This document shows, one piece after another, positions 43,623 through 53,207 of a stretch of 64,000 nt of DNA. Position numbers and translations under genes: made by a program. The notes beneath the pieces were generated by a model that saw only the letters and a list, made by a program, of their open reading frames with translations, was not told the origin of the DNA and did no database searches. Every line of letters starts with the position of its first letter. Position 1 is the stretch's first letter. The DNA comes from an uncultured Gemmatimonadaceae bacterium (lineage in GTDB: Bacteria > Gemmatimonadota > Gemmatimonadetes > Gemmatimonadales > Gemmatimonadaceae): NCBI GenBank assembly GCA_963817955.1, contig CAWFQK010000002.1, positions 64,001 through 128,000 of the forward strand, read 5' to 3'.

Positions 43623-43770
43623 GCCGCGCCGCGGGCCAACGCGTCATCGCACGATTGGAGTAGGTGAAAGATCACCCAGTGGGGCGATGGTTGCGCGATG
43701 CCGTGTCGGGTACTCTCCAGTTCGTAACCTGACTGCTGGGTACGACTTCTCGAATCCCGGAGGGATTCTC

Positions 43771-44190
43771 ATGTTGCTCCATCGTCTCGTCATCACCTCC
43801 CTGGTCGCCCTCTCCGCCACGGCGAATTGGGCGCCACTCGCCGCTCAAAGCGCGACGCAGGACACCACTGGGAGCAACGTGCGCGTCGTTTCCGCTCCGC
43901 CAAGTCCTTCCACGCCGTCGATCGAACTCACGAATGCACCGTCGATCGAGCGCACCGTATTCTTGGCTCCAGCCTGGACGCGCACACAGCCCGATGCGCG
44001 GCAGCTTGTTCCCACGGCGGCCGTGTCTCGAGCGGTTGAATCGTCCGCAGGCTCTCGCAGCCCCGCAATGATGATCGTGGGCGGCGCGGGGTTGATCGTG
44101 GGGGCGCTGATCGGCGGCCAAGCGGGAACGATCATCATGGTCGGCGGCGGCCTCGTCGGGCTCGTTGGCCTGTGGAACTACTTGAAGTGA
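43771..44190 (+). CDS. Hypothetical exported protein with Gly-rich hydrophobic C-terminus
   Basis: GGAGG RBS, signal peptide, glycine-zipper-like tail. Confidence 0.7.
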   Translation: MLLHRLVITSLVALSATANWAPLAAQSATQDTTGSNVRVVSAPPSPSTPSIELTNAPSIERTVFLAPAWTRTQPDARQLVPTAAVSRAVESSAGSRSPAMMIVGGAGLIVGALIGGQAGTIIMVGGGLVGLVGLWNYLK

Positions 44191-44225
44191 CCAATCACAC
44201 TGTTTTGTCCGCGCGGCGGAACAAC

Positions 44226-45005
44226 ATGTTGAAATCCATTCGGACGAGTATGTTGGCGTTAGCGGCCGTTGCGTGCAGCACCGGCGCCGCGAAGGAAGTG
44301 ACGCAACAGGGTGCGAGCGCGGGGAGCCTGGCAGGGACTGAGAGTCTCACCGAAGGAACTCGGGCAAGCAGCGCGAGTCCCACGGCGGGGACTCGGGCGA
44401 AGAGCGCGAGTTCGACCGAGGGGAGCCGTGCAAGGAGCGCGAGTTCCAACGCGAGTTCCACCGCGAGTTCCACCGCGCGGACTCTCGCGGCCGGAACGCG
44501 GATCGACGCCACGACTCAGGATGCGTTGTCCTCGCGCATCAACCATTCGGGTGACGTAATGCGGGCCGTCATCGGCTCCGAGATGAAGGATTCGCGGGGT
44601 CGCGTCGTCGTTCCCGCAGGTTCGAACGTCACGCTCACCGTCGACCACATTGATCCCGGCAACGACCAGAATCAGCCGGATGGGCGACTGTCGCTCGTCG
44701 TCACTTCGGTCACCATCGACGGCCGGATCGTTCCCATCACTGCCCGTCTCGATCCGGTCGCGCATCAGATGATCGGCCGCGGCATCACGAAGGACGAGGC
44801 CGAGCGGATCGGCGCGGGCACGGCCATCGGCGCGCTTGCGGGGCGATTGATCGGCAAGAACACCAAGAGCACCGTAGTAGGCGGAGCAGTCGGCGCCGTC
44901 GCGGGAACAGCGGTGGCGGTGCGGTATGCCTACCGGGACATTGTCGTGCCCGCCGGTACGCCGATCACGTTCAGGCTGACGAAAGGGCTCGTGGCCGCAA
45001 AGTAA
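44226..45005 (+). CDS. Hypothetical lipoprotein with glycine zipper and internal Ser/Thr/Ala repeats
   Basis: LAAVAC lipobox; 33-bp and 12-bp repeats at ~44355-44477; GAGTAIGALAG...GGAVGAVAGT. Confidence 0.75.
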   Translation: MLKSIRTSMLALAAVACSTGAAKEVTQQGASAGSLAGTESLTEGTRASSASPTAGTRAKSASSTEGSRARSASSNASSTASSTARTLAAGTRIDATTQDALSSRINHSGDVMRAVIGSEMKDSRGRVVVPAGSNVTLTVDHIDPGNDQNQPDGRLSLVVTSVTIDGRIVPITARLDPVAHQMIGRGITKDEAERIGAGTAIGALAGRLIGKNTKSTVVGGAVGAVAGTAVAVRYAYRDIVVPAGTPITFRLTKGLVAAK

Positions 45006-45113
45006 GACACCGCTGCGGGGCGCGGAACGGCAACTGGCCGGCAAGTTGGGGCCGGTGTATCTTTGGTGTTCGGATCCGCGCACACGGTGGTTGTACGCTG
45101 TACAAGGTGGCTG

Positions 45114-45782
45114 ATGACGTCGATGATTTCTCCTGGTGGCGATCGCACGATTAGGGTGGCGGTCGTCGACGACAATCGACTGGTGCGTGACGCATTGGCC
45201 AGGATGCTGAGCGTCGTTCCCGACCTGATCGTCGGTGCCGCGGCCGTCGCCGACCCGGCGTTCATGGAGCAAATGAGGCCGGATGTCGTGCTCCTCGACG
45301 TTGGATTGGCCGACGATGACAGCTTGAATGTGGCGACGGCGCTCGCGGAGAGGTTTCCGTCCGCGAAGATCATCGTGATGGATCTACTCCCGATGAGCGA
45401 CGACATCGTGCAGTTCGTCAATGCAGGTGTGTGCGGTTTCATGCTCAAGGACGCCACCTTCGACGAATTCGTCGCCACGATCCGGTGCGTTGCCGGCGGC
45501 GACAAAGTGTTGCCGGCCCGCATGACGCAGTCGCTCTTCTCGCAAATCGCACTGTTCGTCGACACGTCCGAACCCGCCCGGATCATTGACGAAGTGCGCA
45601 TGACCAAACGCGAGCGCGAGGTGATCGAGCTGATTGGCGATGGCTTGAGCAACAAGGAGATCGCGCAGCGGCTCAACATCGCGGCGCACACCGTGAAGAG
45701 CCACGTGCGGAACGTCATGGACAAACTGGCGCTTCACAGTCGCTTGCAGATCGCGGCGTACGTCCGTCGAGACGGAGCGTGA
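45114..45782 (+). CDS. NarL/LuxR family response regulator
   Basis: VVDD, DVVLLD, MTKREREV...GLSNKEIA..L.I..HTVKSH. Confidence 0.9.
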   Translation: MTSMISPGGDRTIRVAVVDDNRLVRDALARMLSVVPDLIVGAAAVADPAFMEQMRPDVVLLDVGLADDDSLNVATALAERFPSAKIIVMDLLPMSDDIVQFVNAGVCGFMLKDATFDEFVATIRCVAGGDKVLPARMTQSLFSQIALFVDTSEPARIIDEVRMTKREREVIELIGDGLSNKEIAQRLNIAAHTVKSHVRNVMDKLALHSRLQIAAYVRRDGA

Positions 45783-45828
45783 CGACGTTTGGCTGGCTGA
45801 CGTTAGCCTCGAAAGCATCGCCAAGCGC

Positions 45829-46296
45829 TTATGGCCGAACCGGTGACACGTCGACGATTTCAAGCCAGTAGCGGCCGAGCACGTTCATCGCGTCGAGCAA
45901 CCCTGAGAACGTCACCGGTTTGGTGACGAAGGCATTCACTCCGAGCTGATAGCTCTCGACGACGTCCGCCTCGAGCCGCGACGTCGTGAGAATCATCAAG
46001 GGGATGTCGGCGAGGGCCGGGTCGCCCTTGATCCGCTCGAGCACCTCGCGCCCGTCCATCCGTAGCATCTCGAGATCGAGCAGAATCAGCCCCGGGCGCG
46101 GCGCGGCCCCCGTTTCGCCGGCGTACGCGCCGCGTTGGTGCAGATAGTCGAGCAGCTGCCCGCCATCCTCGACGAATCGGAGTTCGTTGACGATGTGCGC
46201 GCCCTCGAGCGCCTGCTGCATGAGCAGTCGGTCACCATCATCGTCGTCACAGATCAGAATCGTGATCGGGAACTTGTGCCTGTCCTGCATCAGCAT
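45829..46296 (-). CDS. Single-domain response regulator (Rcp1-like receiver)
   Basis: ICDDD, LILLDL.M..MDG, LTTS..E.D...SY.LGVN.FVTKP. Confidence 0.88.
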   Translation of the reverse strand: MLMQDRHKFPITILICDDDDGDRLLMQQALEGAHIVNELRFVEDGGQLLDYLHQRGAYAGETGAAPRPGLILLDLEMLRMDGREVLERIKGDPALADIPLMILTTSRLEADVVESYQLGVNAFVTKPVTFSGLLDAMNVLGRYWLEIVDVSPVRP

Positions 46297-46526
46297 GGTA
46301 CGTACTCCGCGTCCGCGTGCGCGGCGGGCCCGGCCGACCCCGCATCGGCCTTCCCTTCGGTCTTCGCCGTGGCGGTATGAACGTCTGTGACATCGTGATC
46401 GCACATCATATGATGCAGCGTAGGATTCGCCGAAGGCCGGCGCAATCGCACGAACGGGCTAGGCCTCCCGCTCCTCACGCTCCTCACGCGATGGCGGGTT
46501 CGGCGCCGGCCGGATGGTGATACGTG

Positions 46527-47063
46527 TCACGGGAAAAGCTGCGCGACGGTGGCCGTCGGCAGGTACAGTCCTTGAGCCACGTCGGCGAAAGCGATAAAAC
46601 CGTACGGCTTGTAGAATCGCTCCGCGTCCTCGTCGAGCGCGTGAACGATGATGAGCGCACTTCCCACTTGTTGTGCAGCGACGTACGCACGCTTGATCGC
46701 GTCGAACAGAAGCATGCCGCCAACACCGCGTCCTTGCAGCGTCGTCGAGACCGCCAATCGCCCGATGAGCGTTCCCGAGATGACCCGGTGTTTCGAGATA
46801 CGGAGCTTCTTCACAATGTCCGACGGAATGGCTCCGAGCTCCACGCTCGTCGAGCTCAGCGAGTAGTAGCCTTGGATCGTTCGTTGATCCGTCTCATCGA
46901 TGAGAACGAACGTGATCGTCGAGAGTCCCTTCGCGTCGGGAGTGTCACGGTCGCGCAGATAGTTGTCGAGGGACGGCGTTCCGCACGTAAACGCCGCTCG
47001 ATCGTGATGCGATGCGAGCGGCGTCGTGATGAACTGCGAAGTTGGATTGGAAGGCGAGGTCAC
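46527..47063 (-). CDS. GNAT acetyltransferase toxin (TacT/AtaT-like)
   Basis: HDR.AF.CG...LD.YL, LIGRLAV, QGRGVG, A..FY..YGF. Confidence 0.88.
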   Translation of the reverse strand: MTSPSNPTSQFITTPLASHHDRAAFTCGTPSLDNYLRDRDTPDAKGLSTITFVLIDETDQRTIQGYYSLSSTSVELGAIPSDIVKKLRISKHRVISGTLIGRLAVSTTLQGRGVGGMLLFDAIKRAYVAAQQVGSALIIVHALDEDAERFYKPYGFIAFADVAQGLYLPTATVAQLFP

Positions 47064-47081
47064 GAACGCGTTATGGCCGAC

Positions 47082-47471
47082 TCATCGTGCCAGTCCTCCA
47101 GCAGACCGCCGTTTGAGCTCGCGCGCGTGCGAAGCCGCCGCGCGCACCAGGGCTGCGTTGGGTTCGGGCGGAGAAAGCAACGCGCTGATCAACGCCTTCT
47201 GATCGCGCCTCGACAGACGAATGAGTCGCTGCCGACGAAGCACGGCTTTCGCTCGCGCACGCGCGGCTTGGATCACGAACGTCGATACGCTGACGCCTTG
47301 CATGCCGGCGACTTTCGCCAGAAGGACTTGATCGGCCGGCGTGATTCGCGCGTTCAATCGCTCGCTCCGCGCGAGACGCGGGCGATTCGCTTCCTCCTCA
47401 TGCACCTCGGCGACGTTGGAACTCCGCTTTGATGCCTTGCCTGTTGTCTTACGAATCGCGGCCTGCCGCAT
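47082..47471 (-). CDS. DUF1778 antitoxin
   Basis: RSERLNARI, VS.FV..AA, I.LS..D......LL.PPEPN.AL; upstream of GNAT gene. Confidence 0.88.
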   Translation of the reverse strand: MRQAAIRKTTGKASKRSSNVAEVHEEEANRPRLARSERLNARITPADQVLLAKVAGMQGVSVSTFVIQAARARAKAVLRRQRLIRLSRRDQKALISALLSPPEPNAALVRAAASHARELKRRSAGGLAR

Positions 47472-47759
47472 GGCGACCTCCAGAGGAAATGAGCCGAGAT
47501 CGGCCGACCCTGGAAATGTACGTCAATTGTGAGTACACCTCAAGAAGGCATCCCGTTCCGGTCCACCATCCGTCGGCCATCGACGCCGAAGGCCGGAATT
47601 TCATCGCCGACATACGCGAAGGCGATCTGTGGATCGCCTGCCCACGATGATTGAGTTCGCATCCAGCCCTGCTGGCTGTGCCGTACACCCATGGCGAAAC
47701 GATCATCTTCGGCATCATCGTTGCGATCCTCTGACACCACACGGCGGCATCCTCAGCAA

Positions 47760-48623
47760 ATGCATCTGACCGACGCGCAGACGAGCGCACTGGAAGCGAC
47801 GGCGAACGAGATTCGCCAGGCGATCATCGAGATGCTGCTCGCCGCCGGATCGGGCCACACCGCGGGTCCACTCGGCATGGCGGACGTGTTCACCGTGCTC
47901 TACTTCCACACCCTTCGCCACGATCCGAAGAATCCCACCTGGGAGGATCGCGACCGGCTCGTGCTGTCGAACGGTCACATCTGTCCCGTACTCTACGCCA
48001 CGATGGCGTTCGCCGGCTACTTCCCCAAGGAGGAGCTGAAGACGCTGCGCAAATTCGGCTCGCGCCTGCAAGGTCATCCACATCGCGAGTTCTTGCCGGC
48101 ACTCGAGACGAGTTCGGGTCCGCTCGGCGAAGGGCTCTCGCAGGCAGTCGGCATGGCGATCGCCGATCGAATGGATCACGCCGACGGCCGCCGACGCATC
48201 TATTGCCTCATGTCCGACGGCGAGCTCGAGGAAGGCCAAACGTGGGAGGCAGCGATGCTCGCCGGCAAACATGCCCTGCACAACCTCGTCGCGCTCATCG
48301 ACCGGAACAACATTCAGATAGACGGCTTCACCGAACACGTCATGCCGCTCGAGCCACTCGCCGACAAGTGGCGCGCGTGGAACTGGCACGTGCTCGAGAT
48401 CGACGGTCACGACATGCAAGCGATCACCGCAGCCTTCGATGAGGCGAAGAGCATCTTTGAAAAGCCGACAGTCATCATCGCGCACACGATTCCGGGTAAA
48501 GGGGTCGCGGAATTCGAGCGCGACTTCCACTGGCATGGCAAGCCGCCGGACGCCGAGCTCGGGGCCACCGCGCTACGCGAATTGCGCTCGCTCGGCGGCG
48601 CCATCCGCAGTGAAGCCGACTAG
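47760..48623 (+). CDS. Transketolase N-terminal subunit
   Basis: GSGH, RDRLVLSNGH, LQGHP, SDGELEEG..WEA, HTIPGKG. Confidence 0.93.
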   Translation: MHLTDAQTSALEATANEIRQAIIEMLLAAGSGHTAGPLGMADVFTVLYFHTLRHDPKNPTWEDRDRLVLSNGHICPVLYATMAFAGYFPKEELKTLRKFGSRLQGHPHREFLPALETSSGPLGEGLSQAVGMAIADRMDHADGRRRIYCLMSDGELEEGQTWEAAMLAGKHALHNLVALIDRNNIQIDGFTEHVMPLEPLADKWRAWNWHVLEIDGHDMQAITAAFDEAKSIFEKPTVIIAHTIPGKGVAEFERDFHWHGKPPDAELGATALRELRSLGGAIRSEAD

Positions 48624-48656
48624 CGGCGCCGTCGCCGACGCGCCGTCTTCGTCATC

Positions 48657-49646
48657 ATGCTCGACCCAGCCCAACACCTGAATCCGAAGATCTTCGACGT
48701 CGACGTCGAACAGGTCGCGATTCGTCACGGTTTCGGCGAAGGTCTCGTGCTCGCCGGCGAAGCCGACGCGCGCGTCGTCGTGCTCTCCGGCGATCTCACC
48801 GACAGCGCCAAGGCGGAAGCGTTCAAGAAGAGGTTTCCCGATCGCTTCGTCGAGCTGGGGGTCGCGGAGCAGAACATGGCGTCGGTGGCGAGCGGCATGG
48901 CCGCCATGGGGAAGATTCCATTCATCACCTCGTACGCGATGTTCAGCCCGGGACGCAACTGGGAACAGGTGCGTACGACGATCGCGTACAACAATCGTCC
49001 GGTGAAGATCGCGGGCTCGCACGCGGGCGTGTCCGTCGGACCGGATGGCGGCACGCATCAGGCCATTGAGGACATCGCGATCACGCGCGTGGTGCCGCGC
49101 ATCATGGTGATCTGCCCGTGCGACGCCATCGAGGCGCGCAAGGCGACGGTCGCCGCCGTGTCGACCGGCACTCCGGTGTACCTCCGGCTCGCGCGCGAGA
49201 AGACGCCGGTGATCACGACCGACGATTCACCGTTCGAGATCGGGCGCGCACAGGTGATCTGGAGGTCCGATGCACCGCGGGCAGGACTCATCGCCACGGG
49301 CGCGCTGCTGCACAATGCGCTGCTCGCCGCCCGTACACTGAGCGAACACGGCATCGATGTGGATGTGATGAACCTCTCGACGATCAAGCCGCTCGACGAG
49401 GAAGCGATCGTCGCGTTCGCGCGTCGCACGCGCCGCATCGTATCGGTCGAGGAACATCAGATCCGCGGCGGCATGGGCTCGGCCGTCGCGGAATGTCTTG
49501 CGAAGCACCATCCCGTGCCGATGCACTTCATTGGCGTCGACGATCAATTCGGCCAGTCGGGAACGCCGGAAGAGCTCATCGAGCATTACGGCATGGGGCG
49601 TGCGGCGATCGTACGCGCCGTCACCACGATGTCCCGCGCCAGCTGA
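48657..49646 (+). CDS. Transketolase C-terminal subunit
   Basis: GVAEQNM, DGGTHQ, TIKPLD, VEEHQ..GG.G. Confidence 0.93.
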   Translation: MLDPAQHLNPKIFDVDVEQVAIRHGFGEGLVLAGEADARVVVLSGDLTDSAKAEAFKKRFPDRFVELGVAEQNMASVASGMAAMGKIPFITSYAMFSPGRNWEQVRTTIAYNNRPVKIAGSHAGVSVGPDGGTHQAIEDIAITRVVPRIMVICPCDAIEARKATVAAVSTGTPVYLRLAREKTPVITTDDSPFEIGRAQVIWRSDAPRAGLIATGALLHNALLAARTLSEHGIDVDVMNLSTIKPLDEEAIVAFARRTRRIVSVEEHQIRGGMGSAVAECLAKHHPVPMHFIGVDDQFGQSGTPEELIEHYGMGRAAIVRAVTTMSRAS

Positions 49647-49659
49647 ACGCTTCTCGCTC

Positions 49660-51006
49660 ATGCCCGGCGACGATCGACGCCTGCTCGAGGACCTCTACCA
49701 CGCCGCCGTCGCCGGAGTGAATCCTGCCCGCGCCGTCTCGGCAGCGTTGGCAAGCGACAAGTCACGCAATCGTCCTGCGCCCTGGGTCCTCGCGCTCGGC
49801 AAAGCCGGGATGCGGATGTGCCGCGCCGCGATCGAGCACATCGAGTCGAGCGGGCGTGCGCTTCCTGGTGCACTGGTCGTGACGACCGATGACCACGAAA
49901 CACCGAGTGCTGGCGTCGAGGTCGTGCACGGCGATCATCCGGTCCCTGGTCCCGGGTCGTTCACCGCAGCCGAGCACATAGCAGCCTTCGTCGATCGCGT
50001 GTCAGCGGGCGACGCAGTACTCGTGCTTCTTTCCGGCGGCACGTCGAGTCTCGTCGCGGCGCCCGCGCGGGGAATTTCGGCACCGGAGATCACTCGCCTT
50101 TTCCAGAGCTTGCTCGGCTCCGGTGCCGACATCACCGCGTCGAACGCAATCCGCAAGCGATTCTCACGCTGGGCGGCGGGCCGCCTCGCGGTCGCGCTCG
50201 CGGAGCGCGGCGCCGCGCGTGTGCGCTGTCTGATCGTTTCGGATGTCATCGGTGACGATCCGGCGGTGATCGCATCGGGTCCGTGCGTCGCCGATCCGCT
50301 CACGGCCGAAGAGGTCCTGCGTCTCGTCGAGCGACGCGGATTGCAATCGTATCTCGCGCCATCTCTCTTGACGCATCTCGAGGCGGTTGTTCGTGGCGAG
50401 CTCCCCGAGACACCGAAGCCCGACAACCCCGCGTTCCGCCTGGTGACGTGCGAGATCATCCTCGGCAATCGGACCGCGCGCGATTGCGCGGCGGCACGCG
50501 CACACGAGATGGGACTGACACCGGTCAAGGTCGTCGACCAGGCGATTCAGGACGACGCGGCACGCACCGGCGAGCGACTCGTCAACGAACTGGTGCAGTT
50601 TCGCGAAGCCAGACTCCAGGAACACGACCAGCGCGCGGCAGCGGGCTGCATCATCTGGGGTGGTGAGACGACCGTGCACCTCGATCCGCAATCTCCGCCG
50701 GGCGGGCGGTGTCAGGAGCTCGCGTTGGCCGCGGCGCGTGCGCTCGATGCGCTGGGACAACGCGCGCATGGCATCTCGCTGATCGCCGCCGGAACCGATG
50801 GGCGCGACGGGCCTACCAATGCAGCGGGCGCCGTCGTCAACGCAAGCACATGGCGGGCGATTTCCGATGCTGCACGCGATCCCGCTCGCGACCTGGCGAA
50901 CCACGAGTCGCATGCATCGCTCGAATCGGTGGGCGCGCTGCTCCGTTCGGAATTGACGGGAACCAACGTGGGCGACGTCGTCATCGGTCTCGTCAGCGGG
51001 CGATGA
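49660..51006 (+). CDS. Glycerate 2-kinase (DUF4147 + MOFRL)
   Basis: ALGKA, HPVP, LSGG.SSL, SDVIGDD..VIASGP, GGETTV, GTDG.DG, TGTNV.D. Confidence 0.9.
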   Translation: MPGDDRRLLEDLYHAAVAGVNPARAVSAALASDKSRNRPAPWVLALGKAGMRMCRAAIEHIESSGRALPGALVVTTDDHETPSAGVEVVHGDHPVPGPGSFTAAEHIAAFVDRVSAGDAVLVLLSGGTSSLVAAPARGISAPEITRLFQSLLGSGADITASNAIRKRFSRWAAGRLAVALAERGAARVRCLIVSDVIGDDPAVIASGPCVADPLTAEEVLRLVERRGLQSYLAPSLLTHLEAVVRGELPETPKPDNPAFRLVTCEIILGNRTARDCAAARAHEMGLTPVKVVDQAIQDDAARTGERLVNELVQFREARLQEHDQRAAAGCIIWGGETTVHLDPQSPPGGRCQELALAAARALDALGQRAHGISLIAAGTDGRDGPTNAAGAVVNASTWRAISDAARDPARDLANHESHASLESVGALLRSELTGTNVGDVVIGLVSGR

Positions 51007-51015
51007 CTTCGCACG

Positions 51016-51206
51016 GGATCGACTGCCAGCATGACCGGATCAAACCCGGAAAGTGCATACGCCTGTTCGTAGAGAACGGCGGCGCGCGCGTGATCGCCCG
51101 TCGAGTCGGCGGCGGCAGCGCGAACCATGGCGTCGGCGAATCCCTGGCCGCTGGCGGCGCAGATCGGGGCGCAGACGAGTGCGACGGCAAGCCAGCGGTA
51201 CTTCAC
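51016..51206 (-). pseudogene. 5' fragment of an exported helical/TPR-like protein
   Basis: GTG start overlapping upstream stop, signal peptide, GDHARAAVLYEQAY; frame then runs antisense into glycerate kinase. Confidence 0.4.
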
Positions 51207-51682
51207 GACTCTGCCGGGGAGGAAGCGAAGCGCACACCCTGCCGCCACGCGCGCACCATGCTCGCGCTCATCACAACGATCGTAAGCAGCAGCCAGGATT
51301 GCAGCACAACATGATTGGCATCCGGGGGGAGATGCATCCCGCGCCACGGCAACCACTGCACGGTCTGCGCGAAATTGGCCGCGTAGATTCGTTGCCATGC
51401 CGGGGACGCGCCGCTGACATACGGCAGCCAAAAGCTCGTGACTTGGAGACCCAGCCACAGTGTATAGAGCAGCACCACAACGCCGATCCCAACCCGCCAC
51501 CGGCGTAGCGCGGCTACGATACCACAGACCATGAGGATGCCCAAGGCAACATCGAGCTCCGGTTGGCCGTTTCCGTGACGAACGTCATTCCATGGAAAGA
51601 GGTCAACCCACTCAACCATTTCGAGATATACGCATAGCAGGATCTGAGTGATCGCGGACCCAACGTCAGCGCTTCGATTCAT
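51203..51682 (-). CDS. Hypothetical membrane protein
   Basis: 159 aa, about four TM segments, coupled start/stop overlaps on both sides. Confidence 0.7.
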   Translation of the reverse strand: MNRSADVGSAITQILLCVYLEMVEWVDLFPWNDVRHGNGQPELDVALGILMVCGIVAALRRWRVGIGVVVLLYTLWLGLQVTSFWLPYVSGASPAWQRIYAANFAQTVQWLPWRGMHLPPDANHVVLQSWLLLTIVVMSASMVRAWRQGVRFASSPAES

Positions 51683-51847
51683 CGCACAAGACTCCGGTTG
51701 AGAAACGCGACGACTCTCGGCCACGAATCGCTTTGCGCATGGGCATTGTGCCGGGCGCCGCCGCCGATCACGCCACGTCGGAGGCAGACTACCGCGCCAC
51801 GCTCGGCGCCCGATTTCCACTCAAGGTGCTCACGATTGAGCGCAGAT

Positions 51848-52267
51848 TCAATAGGTACGCGCCGCGCCGCCCTCCGGAACATTCTCGACGACCATGAACT
51901 TGGACGGTGAATCCTCGTGGATCACCGACAACGTGCTATCGGCACGTTTCGGATTGAACACCAGTTGGGTCGTCGGGTCGAAACAGTTCATATCGGCGCG
52001 GCTCGGGACGCGGACGCGCGATACGACGCTTCCGTCGTCTGCGTTCACCACGACGACCTCGGTGTCGCACGCCATGAAGACGCGACGCGTCTGCGTGTCC
52101 ATCGTGAGCCCCTGGGCGCGACCGCAGCCGGGAATGTCCATTCGCGGCATCTCGAGATCGTGCAGAATCAGCCCCGGGCGTGGCGCGGCCCCTGTTTCGC
52201 CGGCGTACGCGCGCCCGATGATCGTTCCCGAGATAACCCGGTGTTTCGAGATACGGAGCTTCTTCAC
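51848..52267 (-). pseudogene. Mosaic remnant: GNAT piece + receiver piece + YncE-like beta-propeller piece
   Basis: 52136-52211 matches 46054-46129; 52212-52267 matches 46759-46814; remainder reads GLTMD..TRRVFMAC...LSVIHEDSP. Confidence 0.75.
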
Positions 52268-52322
52268 GATCATCCGTCAGGCCCCAACGTCCTCTCGTAT
52301 TGTCCCATCTCAGTATTCCGTC

Positions 52323-52373
52323 TTGCACCTAGCCAGACTAGCCAATAGACTGGTATCTAGCCAGACTGGCTAG
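52323..52373 (+). promoter_or_regulatory. Sigma-70-type promoter with palindromic operator for the TA locus
   Basis: TTGCAC-N17-TAGACT; CTAGCCAG-A-CTGGCTAG (52357-52373) plus an imperfect copy at 52329-52344. Confidence 0.7.
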
Positions 52374-52403
52374 GCAGGCCATTGGTACGGGCCGGAGGGC
52401 ACG

Positions 52404-52670
52404 ATGACGACATGGACGCTCGAAAAGGCCAAGAACCAGCTCTCTGAAGTCGTCCGCCGTGCGTTGGCGCATGAGCCCCAGCTCGTGACACGCGGTCGTC
52501 ATGACGCCGTCGTCGTGTTGGCCAAAGAGGACTACGAGCGGCTCGTCATGCCGACCGGCATCGTGGACTTCCTGCGGAATTCTCCCGCAGCCGCCGCGGT
52601 CGCCGCCGGTGACTTGCCCGAGGATGCATTCGAGCGGCACCAGGATCTGCCGCGTAACGTCGACCTGTAA
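52404..52670 (+). CDS. Phd/YefM family antitoxin
   Basis: W.L.KAKNQLSEVV..A....PQ.VTR....AVVVL...DYERL. Confidence 0.9.
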   Translation: MTTWTLEKAKNQLSEVVRRALAHEPQLVTRGRHDAVVVLAKEDYERLVMPTGIVDFLRNSPAAAAVAAGDLPEDAFERHQDLPRNVDL

Positions 52671-52690
52671 CGCGTTCGGGATCGCGACCC

Positions 52691-53110
52691 GTGCGATATT
52701 TGCTCGATACCAACGTCATCTCGGAGCCGTTCAAACGGACCCCCGAGCGGCGAGTGGTGGACTGGCTCAACGATCAATCTCCGCTCGACCTGTACCTCTG
52801 CGTGTTGACGCTCGGCGAACTGACGATGGGGTTTGAGCTCGCACCGGCGGGAAAGCGGCGAGACGACTTACAGAACTGGGTTACTCAGGATGTGCCCCGC
52901 CACTTCGTCGGCAGGCTTTTGTCGATCGATGATGAAATCGCCCGCGAGTGGGGACGAATGTCCGCTCAAGGTCGGGCGACGGGTCGAGAACTTCCGGCGA
53001 CGGACGGACTGCTGCTCGCAACGGCGCGCGTTCACGATCTCACGTTCGTAACGCGGAATGAACGCGACTGCGCCGGACGCGGCGTCGATGTTCTGAATCC
53101 GTGGACGTAA
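52691..53110 (+). CDS. vapC: VapC PIN-domain toxin
   Basis: YLLDTNVISE, TLGEL, DGLLLATA..HDL..VTRN..D. Confidence 0.92.
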   Translation: MRYLLDTNVISEPFKRTPERRVVDWLNDQSPLDLYLCVLTLGELTMGFELAPAGKRRDDLQNWVTQDVPRHFVGRLLSIDDEIAREWGRMSAQGRATGRELPATDGLLLATARVHDLTFVTRNERDCAGRGVDVLNPWT

Positions 53111-53207
53111 GAGCGCAGGACGACGCTGCGGTTCATGACGCCGGTAGAACGCGTGCCGCCGTTCGTCCAGCTTGGGAAGGAGGCCGGTCTATGGCAATCG
53201 GGCGCCG

